A stretch of 64,000 nucleotides of DNA from Bacillota bacterium. GTDB taxonomy: Bacteria; Bacillota; JAAYKD01. Below are positions 28,272 to 38,765 of this stretch, piece after piece. A model generated the notes under the pieces. It had not been told where the DNA came from, searched no databases, and saw only the letters and a list, made by a program, of their open reading frames with translations. Every line of letters begins with the position of its first letter. The stretch's first letter is position 1. The translations under genes and the position numbers were made by a program. The stretch lies in contig OY762825.2 in NCBI GenBank assembly GCA_963666425.2, positions 1,440,001 to 1,504,000 of the forward strand, in the 5' to 3' direction.

Positions 28272-29789
28272 ATGCCAAAGATGTCTAAGGCAGGTTTACT
28301 GCAGGAATTTCATGCTTATCAGCGAAAGACAGCCGCACAGCGTTATGTCAATTTTCTGATCAACTGGGATGCTGCCACAGAAGCACCTAAAAAAAGTATG
28401 CTCTATCGGGCTCAAATGCAGGGTGAATTGGCAGCGAATCAGTTTGCTTATCAAATGGATGCCAAAAATCTTGATCTCCTGGAGAATGTCAGCAGCCGCA
28501 GTGATATAGATGAACTCGATCGCCTCTCCGCTAAAAAATATTTAAAAGAGATCAATAAGATTCGTCATATCCCTCAAGAAAAGTACGTGCAATCGGTGCA
28601 AAACCGCTCGATTATCGCCCGGGTTTGGGAAGAAGCAAAACAGACCAACGATTATCCCTTGTTTGCGCCTTACCTGGATCAGTTCTTGAATGATGTTAAA
28701 ATGGCACTGGACTATCGGGATGTGCGGCAAGATGACCACTTTGACGTCTTGCTAGACGATAATGAAGAAGGAATGGATAGCCGAAAATACGATCTTTTCT
28801 TCACTGCCCTGAAAGCTGAACTCGTCCCTCTCACCAAAAAATGCTTACTCCAAGGCCGCAAAATCGATGACAGTTTACTCTATGCTGATGCAGCAAAAAG
28901 TAAACAGGAGGAGATGGTTCGCTATCTGGCGGATGTTTGCCATTATGATCTCAAAGCAGGCGTTATTAAGACCAGCGTTCACCCCTTTACCAGCAGTGCC
29001 GGTTCTCCGGATGATGTTCGCTTCACAGTTCGCTATCATGAGAATTACTTCACCGGATCACTCATGTCTGCCATGCATGAAATGGGCCATGCCATTCACG
29101 CTCAGCAGTGCGATCCCGCCAGTGCCGGTACGAATCTTTTCGGCGGACCTTCTGCCGGCATCGCCGAATCGCAGTCCCGTTTCAACGAAAACTATATCGG
29201 CCGCAGCCTCACTTTCTGGCAAACACATTACAATAAGCTGCGGCAAGTTTATCCGGAATTGCTGAAAAATGTGGAAGTCACTGATTTCTGGCGGGTGCTG
29301 AACCGGATCAAACCAACTGCCAATCGTTTGGAAGCCGATGAACTCTCCTATCCGTTCCATATCATTCTGCGTTATGAATTGGAAAGAGCTATTTTCTCAA
29401 ATCAAATCAATGTGCAAGAACTGCCTGAACTTTGGCGGGAAAAATCTCTGGAATATTTGGGTGTAGTACCGAAAAACGATAGTGAGGGAGTGCTTCAGGA
29501 TGTGCATTGGGGAGGAAATGTTGGCTTTGGCTATTTCCCGACCTATGCGCTCGGAACCGCTTATGCAGCTCAATTTCGGGCAGCCATGCAGCGCGAACTT
29601 GAAATTGACCAAGCAATACGAGACAATCGCCTTGATTTGGTCAATGGTTGGCTGAAAGAGAAAATCCATTTTCATTGCGGCAGCAAAACACCGGAGCAGA
29701 TTCTGCTGGAGGCAACCGGGGAGGCTTTCAACGTGCGCTATTACATCGATTATCTGAAAGAAAAATACGAAATGATTTATTTCCACTAA
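28272..29789 (+). CDS. Carboxypeptidase, M32 family
   Basis: HPF, DVRFT, HEMGH, ESQSRF, RLEADE, GVLQDVHW, GYFPTYALG. Confidence 0.92.
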   Translation: MPKMSKAGLLQEFHAYQRKTAAQRYVNFLINWDAATEAPKKSMLYRAQMQGELAANQFAYQMDAKNLDLLENVSSRSDIDELDRLSAKKYLKEINKIRHIPQEKYVQSVQNRSIIARVWEEAKQTNDYPLFAPYLDQFLNDVKMALDYRDVRQDDHFDVLLDDNEEGMDSRKYDLFFTALKAELVPLTKKCLLQGRKIDDSLLYADAAKSKQEEMVRYLADVCHYDLKAGVIKTSVHPFTSSAGSPDDVRFTVRYHENYFTGSLMSAMHEMGHAIHAQQCDPASAGTNLFGGPSAGIAESQSRFNENYIGRSLTFWQTHYNKLRQVYPELLKNVEVTDFWRVLNRIKPTANRLEADELSYPFHIILRYELERAIFSNQINVQELPELWREKSLEYLGVVPKNDSEGVLQDVHWGGNVGFGYFPTYALGTAYAAQFRAAMQRELEIDQAIRDNRLDLVNGWLKEKIHFHCGSKTPEQILLEATGEAFNVRYYIDYLKEKYEMIYFH

Positions 29790-29815
29790 GGAGTCAGAAA
29801 GAAGGATGTTTTTCA

Positions 29816-31477
29816 ATGACAGACGTTCAATTGACCCAACTTTATCGTGAACAGGACCTACAGATTGCACTTTTTGCCGATCGTTTGCGGGATGCAAGGC
29901 GCTATGAAACCGATTTATTTATTCCAACTTTCGATGCAAAACTAAAAATGGAACAGCAGCTCAAGACGTTAAGTGCCGGTATTCAACAATTGTCAGCCCC
30001 GGATCCGGTCTATCAAATCATGCAGGAACACTATCGCAATTTTTTAACCGGTCAGGAAAAAGTGCTGCAAACGATGTTTGCGCGCCCCGCTCGTTACCTC
30101 AACAGCATCACCTATACTGTGACCAATTTGAGCCGCAAGGATAGTCGCGATGCGGCGACGCGCAGCAGTATCTTAATCAAACGCTTGGCGCAGGCAGAAG
30201 AGGTCTGGCAGGGTATTCTGGCCTGGTTGGAAACCGCTTCTGCCACTGATATTCAGGAAATGATCAATGCGCAGCAAATTATGGTGGCTACATTAAAAAA
30301 AGAGACTGAGCATCTGGCGGAGAATTTTTCCGGTTTAGCAGCCACGGACATCGGTAAAATTGCATCCGCGATTGAAGAAGTAAGCACACGCAGTCAAACA
30401 TGGCAAGCGGTTGCAGCAGCAATTCTGCAAAAAAAGGGAGTTCCGGTCATGGGAATGCTGCCGGATGACGCTTGTATCGGCTTTGAAGAAGAATATTACC
30501 GTAACCTGCTTTGGAACGAACTGGGTGTAGATTTGAAGGAGCTGTTATCCTGGTATCAGGAGGAAATTGAAAAAACACGCCAAGCCGTGTTTGCCATCGG
30601 CGCTCAGCTGCCCATACCGGAAAAAGCGCCGAAAACAATGCAGGAAGTCAATGCCATCCTGTTAAAATATGCCGGTCCAAAAAACACGCCTGCAGAAATG
30701 TTTGAAGCGGGCCGTAAATATCTGGCCATTTCCCGCGCTGCCTGCCGTTCGCATGTTTGGCTGCCCGATGATGAAACCTGCCAATTGAATCCGGTTCCGG
30801 AACAATTGAAAGTCTCTTATCCTTGGGGAGGTTACGGCGGCGGAGACAGCACACGCCGACCTTTGATTGGTGAAATGTTCCTGAATAATTATAATTATAA
30901 GGCAGTTACGGATGGCTGGATCAAGATGAACACCGTTCACGAAGCCTATCCGGGTCATCATGTCCAGTTTGTGCGCAATGCTCTGGATCATACCCCGGAA
31001 ACAATTAAAATGGGCAGCCGTTCTGTTCCCATTATGGAGGGCACCTGTCACCGCTCGGAGCGCGTCTTCATCGATAATTTTGCCGAGGATCCATTCTATC
31101 CGCTGTTCATCGCGTACCGTCGTCATCACACTTCGGTCCGGATCAAAGTGGATCTCGGTCTGCGCTACTTTGGCAAACCGATTGGCGAAGGCGTCAAGAC
31201 TTTTATGGATGAATTGGATTTTGATTATCACACTGCCCGAGGTCAAGTACAAGCGATGGAAACCATGCAGGGTTATTTCACTTGTTATTATTACGGCTAT
31301 AAGCGCCTGAGCGATTTAGAAGAAAAATACCACTTTGATGAAAAAGCCTATACGGAGCTGCTTTTCTCTGCCGGCAGAGTCAGTCTGGAAACATTTGAGA
31401 AATTTCTGATGCTAAGCCCCACAGACAAACAGCGCTATTGTAACGACTTCGCCAGCTTGCTGCAGTTTGGTGCGTAA
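29816..31477 (+). CDS. DUF885-family putative metallopeptidase
   Basis: HEAYPGHHVQ, EG, GYFTCYYYG; start set at ATG 29816 after a purine-rich RBS. Confidence 0.75.
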   Translation: MTDVQLTQLYREQDLQIALFADRLRDARRYETDLFIPTFDAKLKMEQQLKTLSAGIQQLSAPDPVYQIMQEHYRNFLTGQEKVLQTMFARPARYLNSITYTVTNLSRKDSRDAATRSSILIKRLAQAEEVWQGILAWLETASATDIQEMINAQQIMVATLKKETEHLAENFSGLAATDIGKIASAIEEVSTRSQTWQAVAAAILQKKGVPVMGMLPDDACIGFEEEYYRNLLWNELGVDLKELLSWYQEEIEKTRQAVFAIGAQLPIPEKAPKTMQEVNAILLKYAGPKNTPAEMFEAGRKYLAISRAACRSHVWLPDDETCQLNPVPEQLKVSYPWGGYGGGDSTRRPLIGEMFLNNYNYKAVTDGWIKMNTVHEAYPGHHVQFVRNALDHTPETIKMGSRSVPIMEGTCHRSERVFIDNFAEDPFYPLFIAYRRHHTSVRIKVDLGLRYFGKPIGEGVKTFMDELDFDYHTARGQVQAMETMQGYFTCYYYGYKRLSDLEEKYHFDEKAYTELLFSAGRVSLETFEKFLMLSPTDKQRYCNDFASLLQFGA

Positions 31478-31500
31478 AACAGTCTAGCCAAATTGAGTAG

Positions 31501-31542
31501 AAAGGGCTGTAGCAAAATTATAAATTGCTACAGCCTTTTTTT
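31501..31542. terminator. Intrinsic terminator
   Basis: AAGGGCTGTAGCAA..TTGCTACAGCCTTTTTTT. Confidence 0.75.
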
Positions 31543-31811
31543 GTGTGTAGTTGCTTGTTTCACCGGAGTATGCGCTGTACAGCCGCACACCGGCACGTAG
31601 GTAGCAAAAGTGATGACAGGCTGACCGGTGCTGCACTTGCCCTTTGTGCTTCTTCTGCTCAGTCTGCATTTCGACTTTAGTTTTCTCAACTGGCAGGTGA
31701 TCCAATACCTTTGATGTAACAAGTCCGCCTTGTTCAATTAAGGGGTGCAAATAAACCGCTTACTTTTTTACGGTAAACGGTTAACTGCACTCGACTAAAT
31801 GTAGTATTTTT

Positions 31812-32078
31812 TTATACGGAAATGAACTCAGCAAATCTCCGTAAGGCGTTGATAACAGCATTGTGTGATTTCCTACCAAGAGCCTCTTTGCAGCCACCAA
31901 AATCATATTGAGGTAAAATCGTCTCAATGTTCTCGGCTAAACCCTGCCATGATAAATGCTCGTCCTTGCATATTCTACTGATACGTTTGCCGTAATCATA
32001 AACGGTGCTAGGACGACCGCTTGGCGTAATCTCTTTGTAACCCCGAGAGATTAAAAACTGCTTAAATCGTTTTTCCAT
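31812..32078 (-). CDS. Small hypothetical protein (88 aa)
   Basis: RBS GGAGG before MEKRFKQFL..TPSGRPSTVYDY..SHNAVINALRRF. Confidence 0.6.
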   Translation of the reverse strand: MEKRFKQFLISRGYKEITPSGRPSTVYDYGKRISRICKDEHLSWQGLAENIETILPQYDFGGCKEALGRKSHNAVINALRRFAEFISV

Positions 32079-32300
32079 AAGCGCCTCCATTAATTGTGTC
32101 GGCCACAATAAACTTCGTGATGGTGAATGGTTTATTAAAACCGTTTGCCAGTGACAAGTATGCAGGAGATAACCGGAAAGTGGCGCAAGAGAGTGTAGCC
32201 CTCTTATTCGGAGCAAAGTTCATCCTTTAGAACCTGCGCTCACCGAGTCTATAAAAAGTAGACCCCGGTTCAAATACCGAGGTCTGTTTTGATCATTTAA

Positions 32301-32684
32301 TTAAACGGTTGCTTTCCAAAGTCCATGCAGATTGCAGTAAGCATAGACAGCAAGCGCTTTATCGTTGGGGGTGAGTGCGAAAACAACTTCGGGAACATCT
32401 CCGGCCTTTAAAGTCTTGCGTTGGCCGCCCTGCTCGCTCAGAAGATAGATCCATTCGATATGATGCTCTTCTGTCATAGGATGCGGCACGGAACCAACTG
32501 CAACTTTCACATTAGGACCGTCTACAGTAACAACAGGGATGTGTTTTTCTTTGCTCGCTTCTACGGTGTTGGGTAGTAGTTCTGTCATTTTTTGGTTGCA
32601 GCAAACCATACGCACACCAGAGTCGTGAATCAAACCTGCTATGTTACCACAGATATCACAACGGAAAAATCTACATTCTTTCAT
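32301..32684 (-). CDS. dfx: Desulfoferrodoxin / superoxide reductase
   Basis: CDICGN..CC, EKHIP, HPMTEEHHIEWI, YCNLHGLW. Confidence 0.93.
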   Translation of the reverse strand: MKECRFFRCDICGNIAGLIHDSGVRMVCCNQKMTELLPNTVEASKEKHIPVVTVDGPNVKVAVGSVPHPMTEEHHIEWIYLLSEQGGQRKTLKAGDVPEVVFALTPNDKALAVYAYCNLHGLWKATV

Positions 32685-33008
32685 TCTGCCATCTCCTTGT
32701 TTTGTTATTCTTCGCCCGGCAATCACCGAACTGCTGCTGCCTTATCGGACAGCATGGATTCGCTCGGTCATTGTCTGCTATTTTTTATCATAACAGTATT
32801 CGTTCGCATTTTCAAGGGGTAAATGAAATATTCCTGTAGCGTGCAGGTTCAGCTGCTTTTTCAAAACCTTCGCTTGACGAAAGAACAAGGGTGAAGTATG
32901 ATAAAAGCACCAGTCTGGCCATTGCTGCAACAGAGCAGATGTGTAACTCACCTCCTGTTCAGGATGACCGGCGAGCAGTAACTACAACGATTTGGAGGAG
33001 GATTTACT

Positions 33009-33578
33009 ATGCCAAAACTAGCGGTTGGCGACAAGATGCCTAATTTTACGTTTGATACCGCCTATCATTCCGATCTTACCATTGCGGATATTCTCCCAAA
33101 GCAACAAAGAACCCTATTTTGGGTGCTGCGCTATATTGGCTGTACCACCTGCCGTTACGATGTGCATCAGCTGGCCGGCAATTATCAGAAGTTCCTCGAT
33201 TTGGACAGTCAGATCTATGTTGTGATGCAAAGCGAACCGGCCAATGTCCGCGAATATCTGGCCGAGCAAGCGCTGCCTTTTGAAATCATTTGCGACAGCA
33301 AACAGGAAATTTACCAGACGCTGGTGATTCCCGCAACAGCCACCCGGGAAGAACGTCAGCCCACCGAAGCCGCCGATCTCGCCAAATTAGCGGATAAAAT
33401 GGCGAAGCTGAAAGCCGGCGGTTTTGTGCACGGCAAATACGAAGGCAATGAACAGCAGCTGCCCGCCTTGTTTGTGGTAGAACAAAACGGCACTGTTTCC
33501 TATGCTCATTACGCCAAAAACAGCATCGATATGCCCGCTGTGGAAGAAATGCTGGCTCTGCTTGGCACGCTGAAATAG
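33009..33578 (+). CDS. AhpC/TSA peroxiredoxin-like redoxin
   Basis: VGDKMPNF, RYIGCTTC, QLPALFVV. Confidence 0.8.
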   Translation: MPKLAVGDKMPNFTFDTAYHSDLTIADILPKQQRTLFWVLRYIGCTTCRYDVHQLAGNYQKFLDLDSQIYVVMQSEPANVREYLAEQALPFEIICDSKQEIYQTLVIPATATREERQPTEAADLAKLADKMAKLKAGGFVHGKYEGNEQQLPALFVVEQNGTVSYAHYAKNSIDMPAVEEMLALLGTLK

Positions 33579-33685
33579 GCAAATTTTAGAGAATCTGTTC
33601 TCACCTATGCTTGCATTTGTCTTGTGGTGCGAGTAAATGATTCTTTTTATTCGTTTTCTTGCCGAATACTACAGATCGAAGCCGC

Positions 33686-33713
33686 TTGACAAAAAAGAAA
33701 ATTGGCTTATAAT
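33686..33713 (+). promoter_or_regulatory. Sigma-A promoter for the metNIQ leader
   Basis: TTGACA-N16-TATAAT. Confidence 0.75.
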
Positions 33714-33732
33714 AGGGAACAATAATTGATTG

Positions 33733-34032
33733 GCATTGATGAGAAGAGTAAGCCTCACACGCTTTTTACAGAGAGCCCCGTTTGGTGAAAAGGGGTAGAG
33801 CGCAACAGACTGAAGATGGTCTCGGAGCCGCACGGGCGAAGTAATTTAGGTCGTGCCGGGTTCTCCCGTTACAGAGATAGACTATCGCTGGTTTTTTAAC
33901 GGAGCATTTCCTTAAATTCCGGCCGCAGTTGAAGAGGCTTTTTGTTGTGAAGCAAAAAGCAAAGCAAGGTGGTATCACGAAAGCATACGCTCTCGTCCTT
34001 GGAGTGTTCTCCAAGAGACGAGGGCTTTTTTT
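33733..34032 (+). promoter_or_regulatory. T-box riboswitch, Met specifier
   Basis: Stem I with AGAGA and GGTGAAA motifs, specifier GAAG-ATG-G (33812-33819), T-box AAGGTGGTATCACG (33966-33979), terminator 33989-34032; precedes a Met transporter. Confidence 0.9.
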
Positions 34033-34060
34033 ATCGACATTTTGAAAGCGGTGAATTGAT

Positions 34061-34801
34061 GTGATCCAGATCGACCAACTGACCAAGACCTACAGCCGGC
34101 CGCAAAAAGAAGATCTGACTGCATTGCGACAGATTTCTTTCAGCATTGGTGACGGTGAGATTTTTGGCATCATCGGTATGAGCGGCGCCGGCAAATCCAC
34201 CTTACTGCGCTGTTTAACTTTGCTGGAAGCGCCCGATGGCGGCCGCATTTATTTCGACGGTGAAGACACCGCACAACTGCAGGGTCAGCCGCTGCTGAAG
34301 CTGCGCCGCAAAATGGGCGTCGTCTTTCAGGGCTATCATCTGCTGATGCAGAAGACGGTCCGGCAGAATATCAGCTTTCCCTTGATCTTGGCGCACAGTG
34401 CGACGGATCGAATGCGCAGCCGCACAGAAGAGTTATTGGAATTGGTCGATCTGAAAGACAAAGGCGACGCCTACCCCGCCCAGCTATCCGGCGGGCAAAA
34501 GCAGAGAGTCGCTTTGGCGAGAGCGTTGGCCAATGACCCCAGGGTCCTCTTCTGCGATGAACCCACTTCGGCGCTGGATGCTCTAAACAGCCGGGCAGCT
34601 TTGCACCTGCTGCAGGAAATCAACCAACGTCTGGGTGTCACCATCGTCATCGTGACCCACGACCTCTCGATCATTCGCGCTGTCTGCCACAAGATCGCCA
34701 TTTTGGATGACGGCGCTTTGGCGGAATGGGGCGATGCCGAGACAATCCTGCAGCACCCTGCCAGCCGGATCGGAAAGTTACTGCTCAATGCCACAACCTA
34801 G
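34061..34801 (+). CDS. metN: Methionine ABC transporter ATP-binding protein (no NIL domain)
   Basis: GMSGAGKST, LSGGQKQRV, CDEPTSALD. Confidence 0.88.
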   Translation: MIQIDQLTKTYSRPQKEDLTALRQISFSIGDGEIFGIIGMSGAGKSTLLRCLTLLEAPDGGRIYFDGEDTAQLQGQPLLKLRRKMGVVFQGYHLLMQKTVRQNISFPLILAHSATDRMRSRTEELLELVDLKDKGDAYPAQLSGGQKQRVALARALANDPRVLFCDEPTSALDALNSRAALHLLQEINQRLGVTIVIVTHDLSIIRAVCHKIAILDDGALAEWGDAETILQHPASRIGKLLLNATT

Positions 34802-34851
34802 CCTTGTTGTTTTGGCGCGGCATTTAGAAATGAATCAGCAAAGGAGCCACA

Positions 34852-35517
34852 GTGATGCTTACTGTTCTTACAGCTTACCGCAACGTCTTTTGGCAGGGAA
34901 CCTGGGAAACCATCTATATGACCGCTCTGTCCACCGTCTTTGCTTATCTAATTGGGCTGCCGCTGGGGATTCTGCTTTTTATCAGCCAAAGCGAGGGGAT
35001 TTCTCCCAGCAAGCCGTTCTATTTCCTATTCGGCTGGATCGTCAATATCGGACGTTCCATTCCTTTCACTGTTTTGCTGGTTGCCGTTGTGCCGCTGACC
35101 CGTTTGATCGCCGGTAAAATCATCGGTCCGACCGCCGCTGTTGTGCCGCTGGTAGTGGCAGCCGCACCTTTTGTGGCACGCTTAACCGAAAGCGCTTTGG
35201 CGGAGGTGGATCCCGGTGTGCTGCAAGCTGCCATCTGCATGGGAGCGGATAAAAAGCAAATCATCTTCCGGGTACTGTTAACCGAAGCCGTACCCGCACT
35301 GGTCCGCAATTTTTCTCTGACTTGTATCACGCTGTTGGGTTATTCCGCCATGGCAGGCGCGGTCGGCGGCGGCGGCTTGGGCGATATTGCCGTGCGCTAT
35401 GGATTGCATCGACACGAAGCAGGGGTGATGCCCGTTACGCTGCTGCTACTGATCATCATGGTCTGCAGTATCCAGATCGGATTTGCCCGTTTTGCCAATC
35501 ACCTCGATAAAAAATAA
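34852..35517 (+). CDS. metI: Methionine ABC transporter permease
   Basis: GTWETIYM, GRSIPF, YSAMAGAVGGGGLG. Confidence 0.9.
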   Translation: MMLTVLTAYRNVFWQGTWETIYMTALSTVFAYLIGLPLGILLFISQSEGISPSKPFYFLFGWIVNIGRSIPFTVLLVAVVPLTRLIAGKIIGPTAAVVPLVVAAAPFVARLTESALAEVDPGVLQAAICMGADKKQIIFRVLLTEAVPALVRNFSLTCITLLGYSAMAGAVGGGGLGDIAVRYGLHRHEAGVMPVTLLLLIIMVCSIQIGFARFANHLDKK

Positions 35518-35604
35518 CCATCTCACGACCGAAAATCAGGAAACACGCCATTTTTAATCTACTCGTTGTCAAATAAATAAGTAAATGAAAGAAGGATTTC
35601 AGCC

Positions 35605-36447
35605 ATGAAAAAACTAACCATAAAAATGATTCTGCTTGCCCTTGGTCTTTGCCTGCTGCTGGCCGCCCTCTCTGCTTGCTCCAAGAAAACAGAAACACCC
35701 GCGCCGGCAGCAAAAACGCCGGTTGTGCTCAAGGTTGGCGCGACGCCCGTACCGCATGCGGAGATTTTAACACAAATCAAACCGCTGCTGGCAGAAAAAA
35801 ACATCGACCTGCAAATTGTAGAGTTCACCGACTATGTGCTGCCTAATTTGGCTTTACAGGATGGGGATCTCAATGCCAATTTCTTTCAGCATGTGCCTTA
35901 TCTCGATTATTTCAATGAAAGCAATAAAACCAATTTAGTTGCCATCAAAGCAGTCCATTTTGAACCGCTCGGCATTTATCCCGGTCGGACAGCCAGTCTC
36001 AATGCTTTAAAAGAAGGAGCCACTATCGCCATACCCAATGATGCCACCAATGAAGCCCGGGCGCTGCTGCTGCTGCAGAGCTTGGATCTGATCACGCTGA
36101 AGAGCGATGTAGGTCTGAAAGCCACCCCCAATGAGATTGTCGGCAATCCACTCAAACTGAAGTTCACCGAATTGGAAGCCGTTTACCTGACCACCGCCTT
36201 GCCGGATGTTGACTTAGCGGTGATTAATGGCAACTATGCGGTGGAAGCGAAGATCACCGATACGCTGCTTGCCTGTGAGGACAAAGATTCGGAAGCCGCC
36301 GCAACCTATGCCAATGTGCTGGTTGTCAAGGCCGGCAATGAGAAGAAACCGGAGTTGCTGGCTTTAGCGGAAGCATTGACCAGCGATACCGTCAGGAGTT
36401 TTATTGAAAAGACCTACCACAACACGGTGATTGCTGTTTTTGAATAG
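35605..36447 (+). CDS. metQ: Methionine ABC transporter lipoprotein (MetQ/NlpA)
   Basis: Lipobox LSAC, VGATPVPHAEIL, NFFQHVPYL, PNDATNEARAL. Confidence 0.92.
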   Translation: MKKLTIKMILLALGLCLLLAALSACSKKTETPAPAAKTPVVLKVGATPVPHAEILTQIKPLLAEKNIDLQIVEFTDYVLPNLALQDGDLNANFFQHVPYLDYFNESNKTNLVAIKAVHFEPLGIYPGRTASLNALKEGATIAIPNDATNEARALLLLQSLDLITLKSDVGLKATPNEIVGNPLKLKFTELEAVYLTTALPDVDLAVINGNYAVEAKITDTLLACEDKDSEAAATYANVLVVKAGNEKKPELLALAEALTSDTVRSFIEKTYHNTVIAVFE

Positions 36448-36486
36448 CAGAAAGCGCCTTCTCAAAAACCGAGAAGGCGCTTTCTG
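36448..36486. terminator. Bidirectional terminator
   Basis: Inverted repeat CAGAAAGCGCCTTCTC..GAGAAGGCGCTTTCTG. Confidence 0.75.
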
Positions 36487-36498
36487 GTTCGTTTCGTT

Positions 36499-37380
36499 TT
36501 AGTTGCCTGTTGCCAGGTATTCTTCCAGACAAAGTCCGTTTGCCGAGATCACGGCGGCGGCTTCTGTACCCACATAACGATAATGCCAGGGTTCATAACC
36601 GATTTTGGTGATATCTTGTTTGTCTTCCGGATAACGCAGAATGAAACCATACGTACTGGCGTACGCAGCCAGCCAAGCATAGGCGGGATCCGATTCAAAT
36701 TCAGTGGTCAGACCGTTGCCGGCCTGCAGCCAGTCATAAGAGACGATATCCGCCGAGAGACCCAACTGATGTTCGCTGGTGCCCGGTACGGCCACCCAGC
36801 GCCCAGCCTCCGCCACCGCCGCATCGTAAGCGTAGCCCTGATTGAGGTAGGTCTGAATTTCTTGTTGGTAGAGATACTGCTGCAGATCCGCATCACGGTA
36901 AGCGGAGCAAAGACGCAAAGCAATGCCGTCCCGCAGGGCGGCAGCAATCATCTTCTGCATGGGTTCGACAGCGCGCGCATCCAGCTCGTAATAACCGTCG
37001 ACACTCTGCAGCAGCGCCGGTGCGTAATTGAGCGATAATCTGTTGGCAGAATTGACCAGAAAAAGCTGCCAGTTGCTCTCATTCGGCATTCTCTCCGTGG
37101 GATCGCTCGTCCCCGGATCTTCGACAGGGTCGGGGTCAGCGGCAGGTGTTCCGGGTTGGACAGGGTCCTCCGGTTTCGTGGGTTCTCCCGGCTTACTGGG
37201 TTCTTCCGGTTTTGTGGGTTCTGCCGATTTTTCGCCTGGGTCCGGTTGGTTCGGCTCTTCCGCTCCCGGCTGCAAAGGCGGCGGATCGGGCATAAAAAAA
37301 TCGAAGACGAAATAACCGATACAGCCAAGCACAGCAAGGCCGAAGAGTACGACCAGCAGGCGTTTTATTTTAAGGGACAT
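36499..37380 (-). CDS. M15B (VanY-like) D-Ala-D-Ala carboxypeptidase with N-terminal TM and Pro-rich linker
   Basis: SAYR, PGTSEHQLGLSAD, YEPWHYRYVG. Confidence 0.9.
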   Translation of the reverse strand: MSLKIKRLLVVLFGLAVLGCIGYFVFDFFMPDPPPLQPGAEEPNQPDPGEKSAEPTKPEEPSKPGEPTKPEDPVQPGTPAADPDPVEDPGTSDPTERMPNESNWQLFLVNSANRLSLNYAPALLQSVDGYYELDARAVEPMQKMIAAALRDGIALRLCSAYRDADLQQYLYQQEIQTYLNQGYAYDAAVAEAGRWVAVPGTSEHQLGLSADIVSYDWLQAGNGLTTEFESDPAYAWLAAYASTYGFILRYPEDKQDITKIGYEPWHYRYVGTEAAAVISANGLCLEEYLATGN

Positions 37381-37571
37381 TTTAAATTACCTTCTTTTTT
37401 CATAGTGATGTCATTTTAACACAATCAGCTGCTTTTGTCAGCAAATACAGCAGTATTATCCGGCCGGTTCACGCAAAATTAAAAAAGAGCAGGAATTTCG
37501 CGCGCTGAACTGGAAATCATTCAACAAACTGATACTCTCTTTGACGATTTTGTTGGAAAGAAGGTTCCCTG

Positions 37572-38675
37572 ATGCTGCTGACCGTTTGCTGGCTTATTTC
37601 CCTGCTGAGCGTTATCGTGCAATTCGTTTTGGTCAATTATGCCAAAGCCAATCCGCAGTGGACAGAATCCGTTTATAGCCGCGGCATCTATCCAAAAATC
37701 GCAGCCGGTCTGCAAGCTCTGCATCGTTTTTTTTATTTCTCTCTGGCGGAATTGCTGTTGTTGCTGCTGGTCGGGCTGGCACTTGCCTGGCTGGTTCGGA
37801 AAATCCCCGCCGTCCTCCGCCAATATCGAGCCGGCGCCACGCCGTGGAGCTTGCTGCAGCGACCGCTTTGCCTGACCGTGACGGGCATCTGCCTGCTCAC
37901 GCTGTTTTTTCAATTGAGTTGGGGTCTCAATTATTATCGGCTGCCGCTGGCGGATCAGCTCGGTCTGAACGTAGAAGCAACGGCGCCTTCCCAACTGCGC
38001 AATCTGACGCTGGAGCTGATTCAATCAGCCAATGCCTTGCGCGGTCCGCTCTTTCAATCTGCCAATGGCACCATGACCTTATCCGGCTCGCTTTCTTATT
38101 ATTTAATCAACGCCCCCAACTGGTATCAGACCGGTTATTTTGACGCCCGCTTGCCGCTTTTGGAGATCACTTCAGCCGTCAAACCGGTTGTACTGTCCGG
38201 GTTGATGTCTTTTAGCCAAATCACCGGTTTCTATTTTCCTTTTACCGGCGAAGCCAATGTCAATCTCAATGTACCGGATGAGCAGATTCTTGCCACCATG
38301 GCCCACGAACTGGCTCACCGTCACGGTTATGCCAGAGAGGATGAAGCGAATTTCATCGCTTATCTGGTAACCACTCAGTCTTTTCTCAGTCCGGAAGTAC
38401 GTTACAGCGGTACTATGCTGGCTTTATCATATTGTCTGAATGCCTGTTATGCGGTGGACCCAAGCCATTATGCAACGCTCTATGCAGAACTCAGCGGTCC
38501 GGTGGCGACGGATTTTGCCTTCAGCCGCAGTTTCTGGCAGCAGTATGAAGGACCGGTGGAACAGGTTTCTACCAGCATCAACAATGGTTATCTGCAGAGC
38601 AACGATCAGAGTGACGGGGTAGAGAGTTATGGCCGCATGGTCGATCTGCTGCTCGCCTTGGACCGCTCGAAATAA
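37572..38675 (+). CDS. DUF3810 membrane protein (HExxH)
   Basis: WGLNYYR, FPFTGEAN, HELAH..AREDEANF, YGRMVDLL. Confidence 0.85.
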   Translation: MLLTVCWLISLLSVIVQFVLVNYAKANPQWTESVYSRGIYPKIAAGLQALHRFFYFSLAELLLLLLVGLALAWLVRKIPAVLRQYRAGATPWSLLQRPLCLTVTGICLLTLFFQLSWGLNYYRLPLADQLGLNVEATAPSQLRNLTLELIQSANALRGPLFQSANGTMTLSGSLSYYLINAPNWYQTGYFDARLPLLEITSAVKPVVLSGLMSFSQITGFYFPFTGEANVNLNVPDEQILATMAHELAHRHGYAREDEANFIAYLVTTQSFLSPEVRYSGTMLALSYCLNACYAVDPSHYATLYAELSGPVATDFAFSRSFWQQYEGPVEQVSTSINNGYLQSNDQSDGVESYGRMVDLLLALDRSK

Positions 38676-38700
38676 TCTCAAGTCTTGATCAGAAGTCTGC

Positions 38701-38729
38701 TTGACAGGAACCAGCGGAAACCTTAGAAT
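38701..38729 (+). promoter_or_regulatory. Sigma-A promoter
   Basis: TTGACA-N17-TAGAAT. Confidence 0.65.
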
Positions 38730-38765
38730 CAAGACAGAGCAACAACAGAGAAAGAGGCGATTTTC

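Noticed and set aside
31484-31750. Two short minus-strand ORFs
   Set aside because: No RBS or family motif, and they run into a terminator hairpin.
37130-37260. EPTKP/EPSKP repeats
   Set aside because: Ordinary Pro-rich linker of the membrane-anchored carboxypeptidase.
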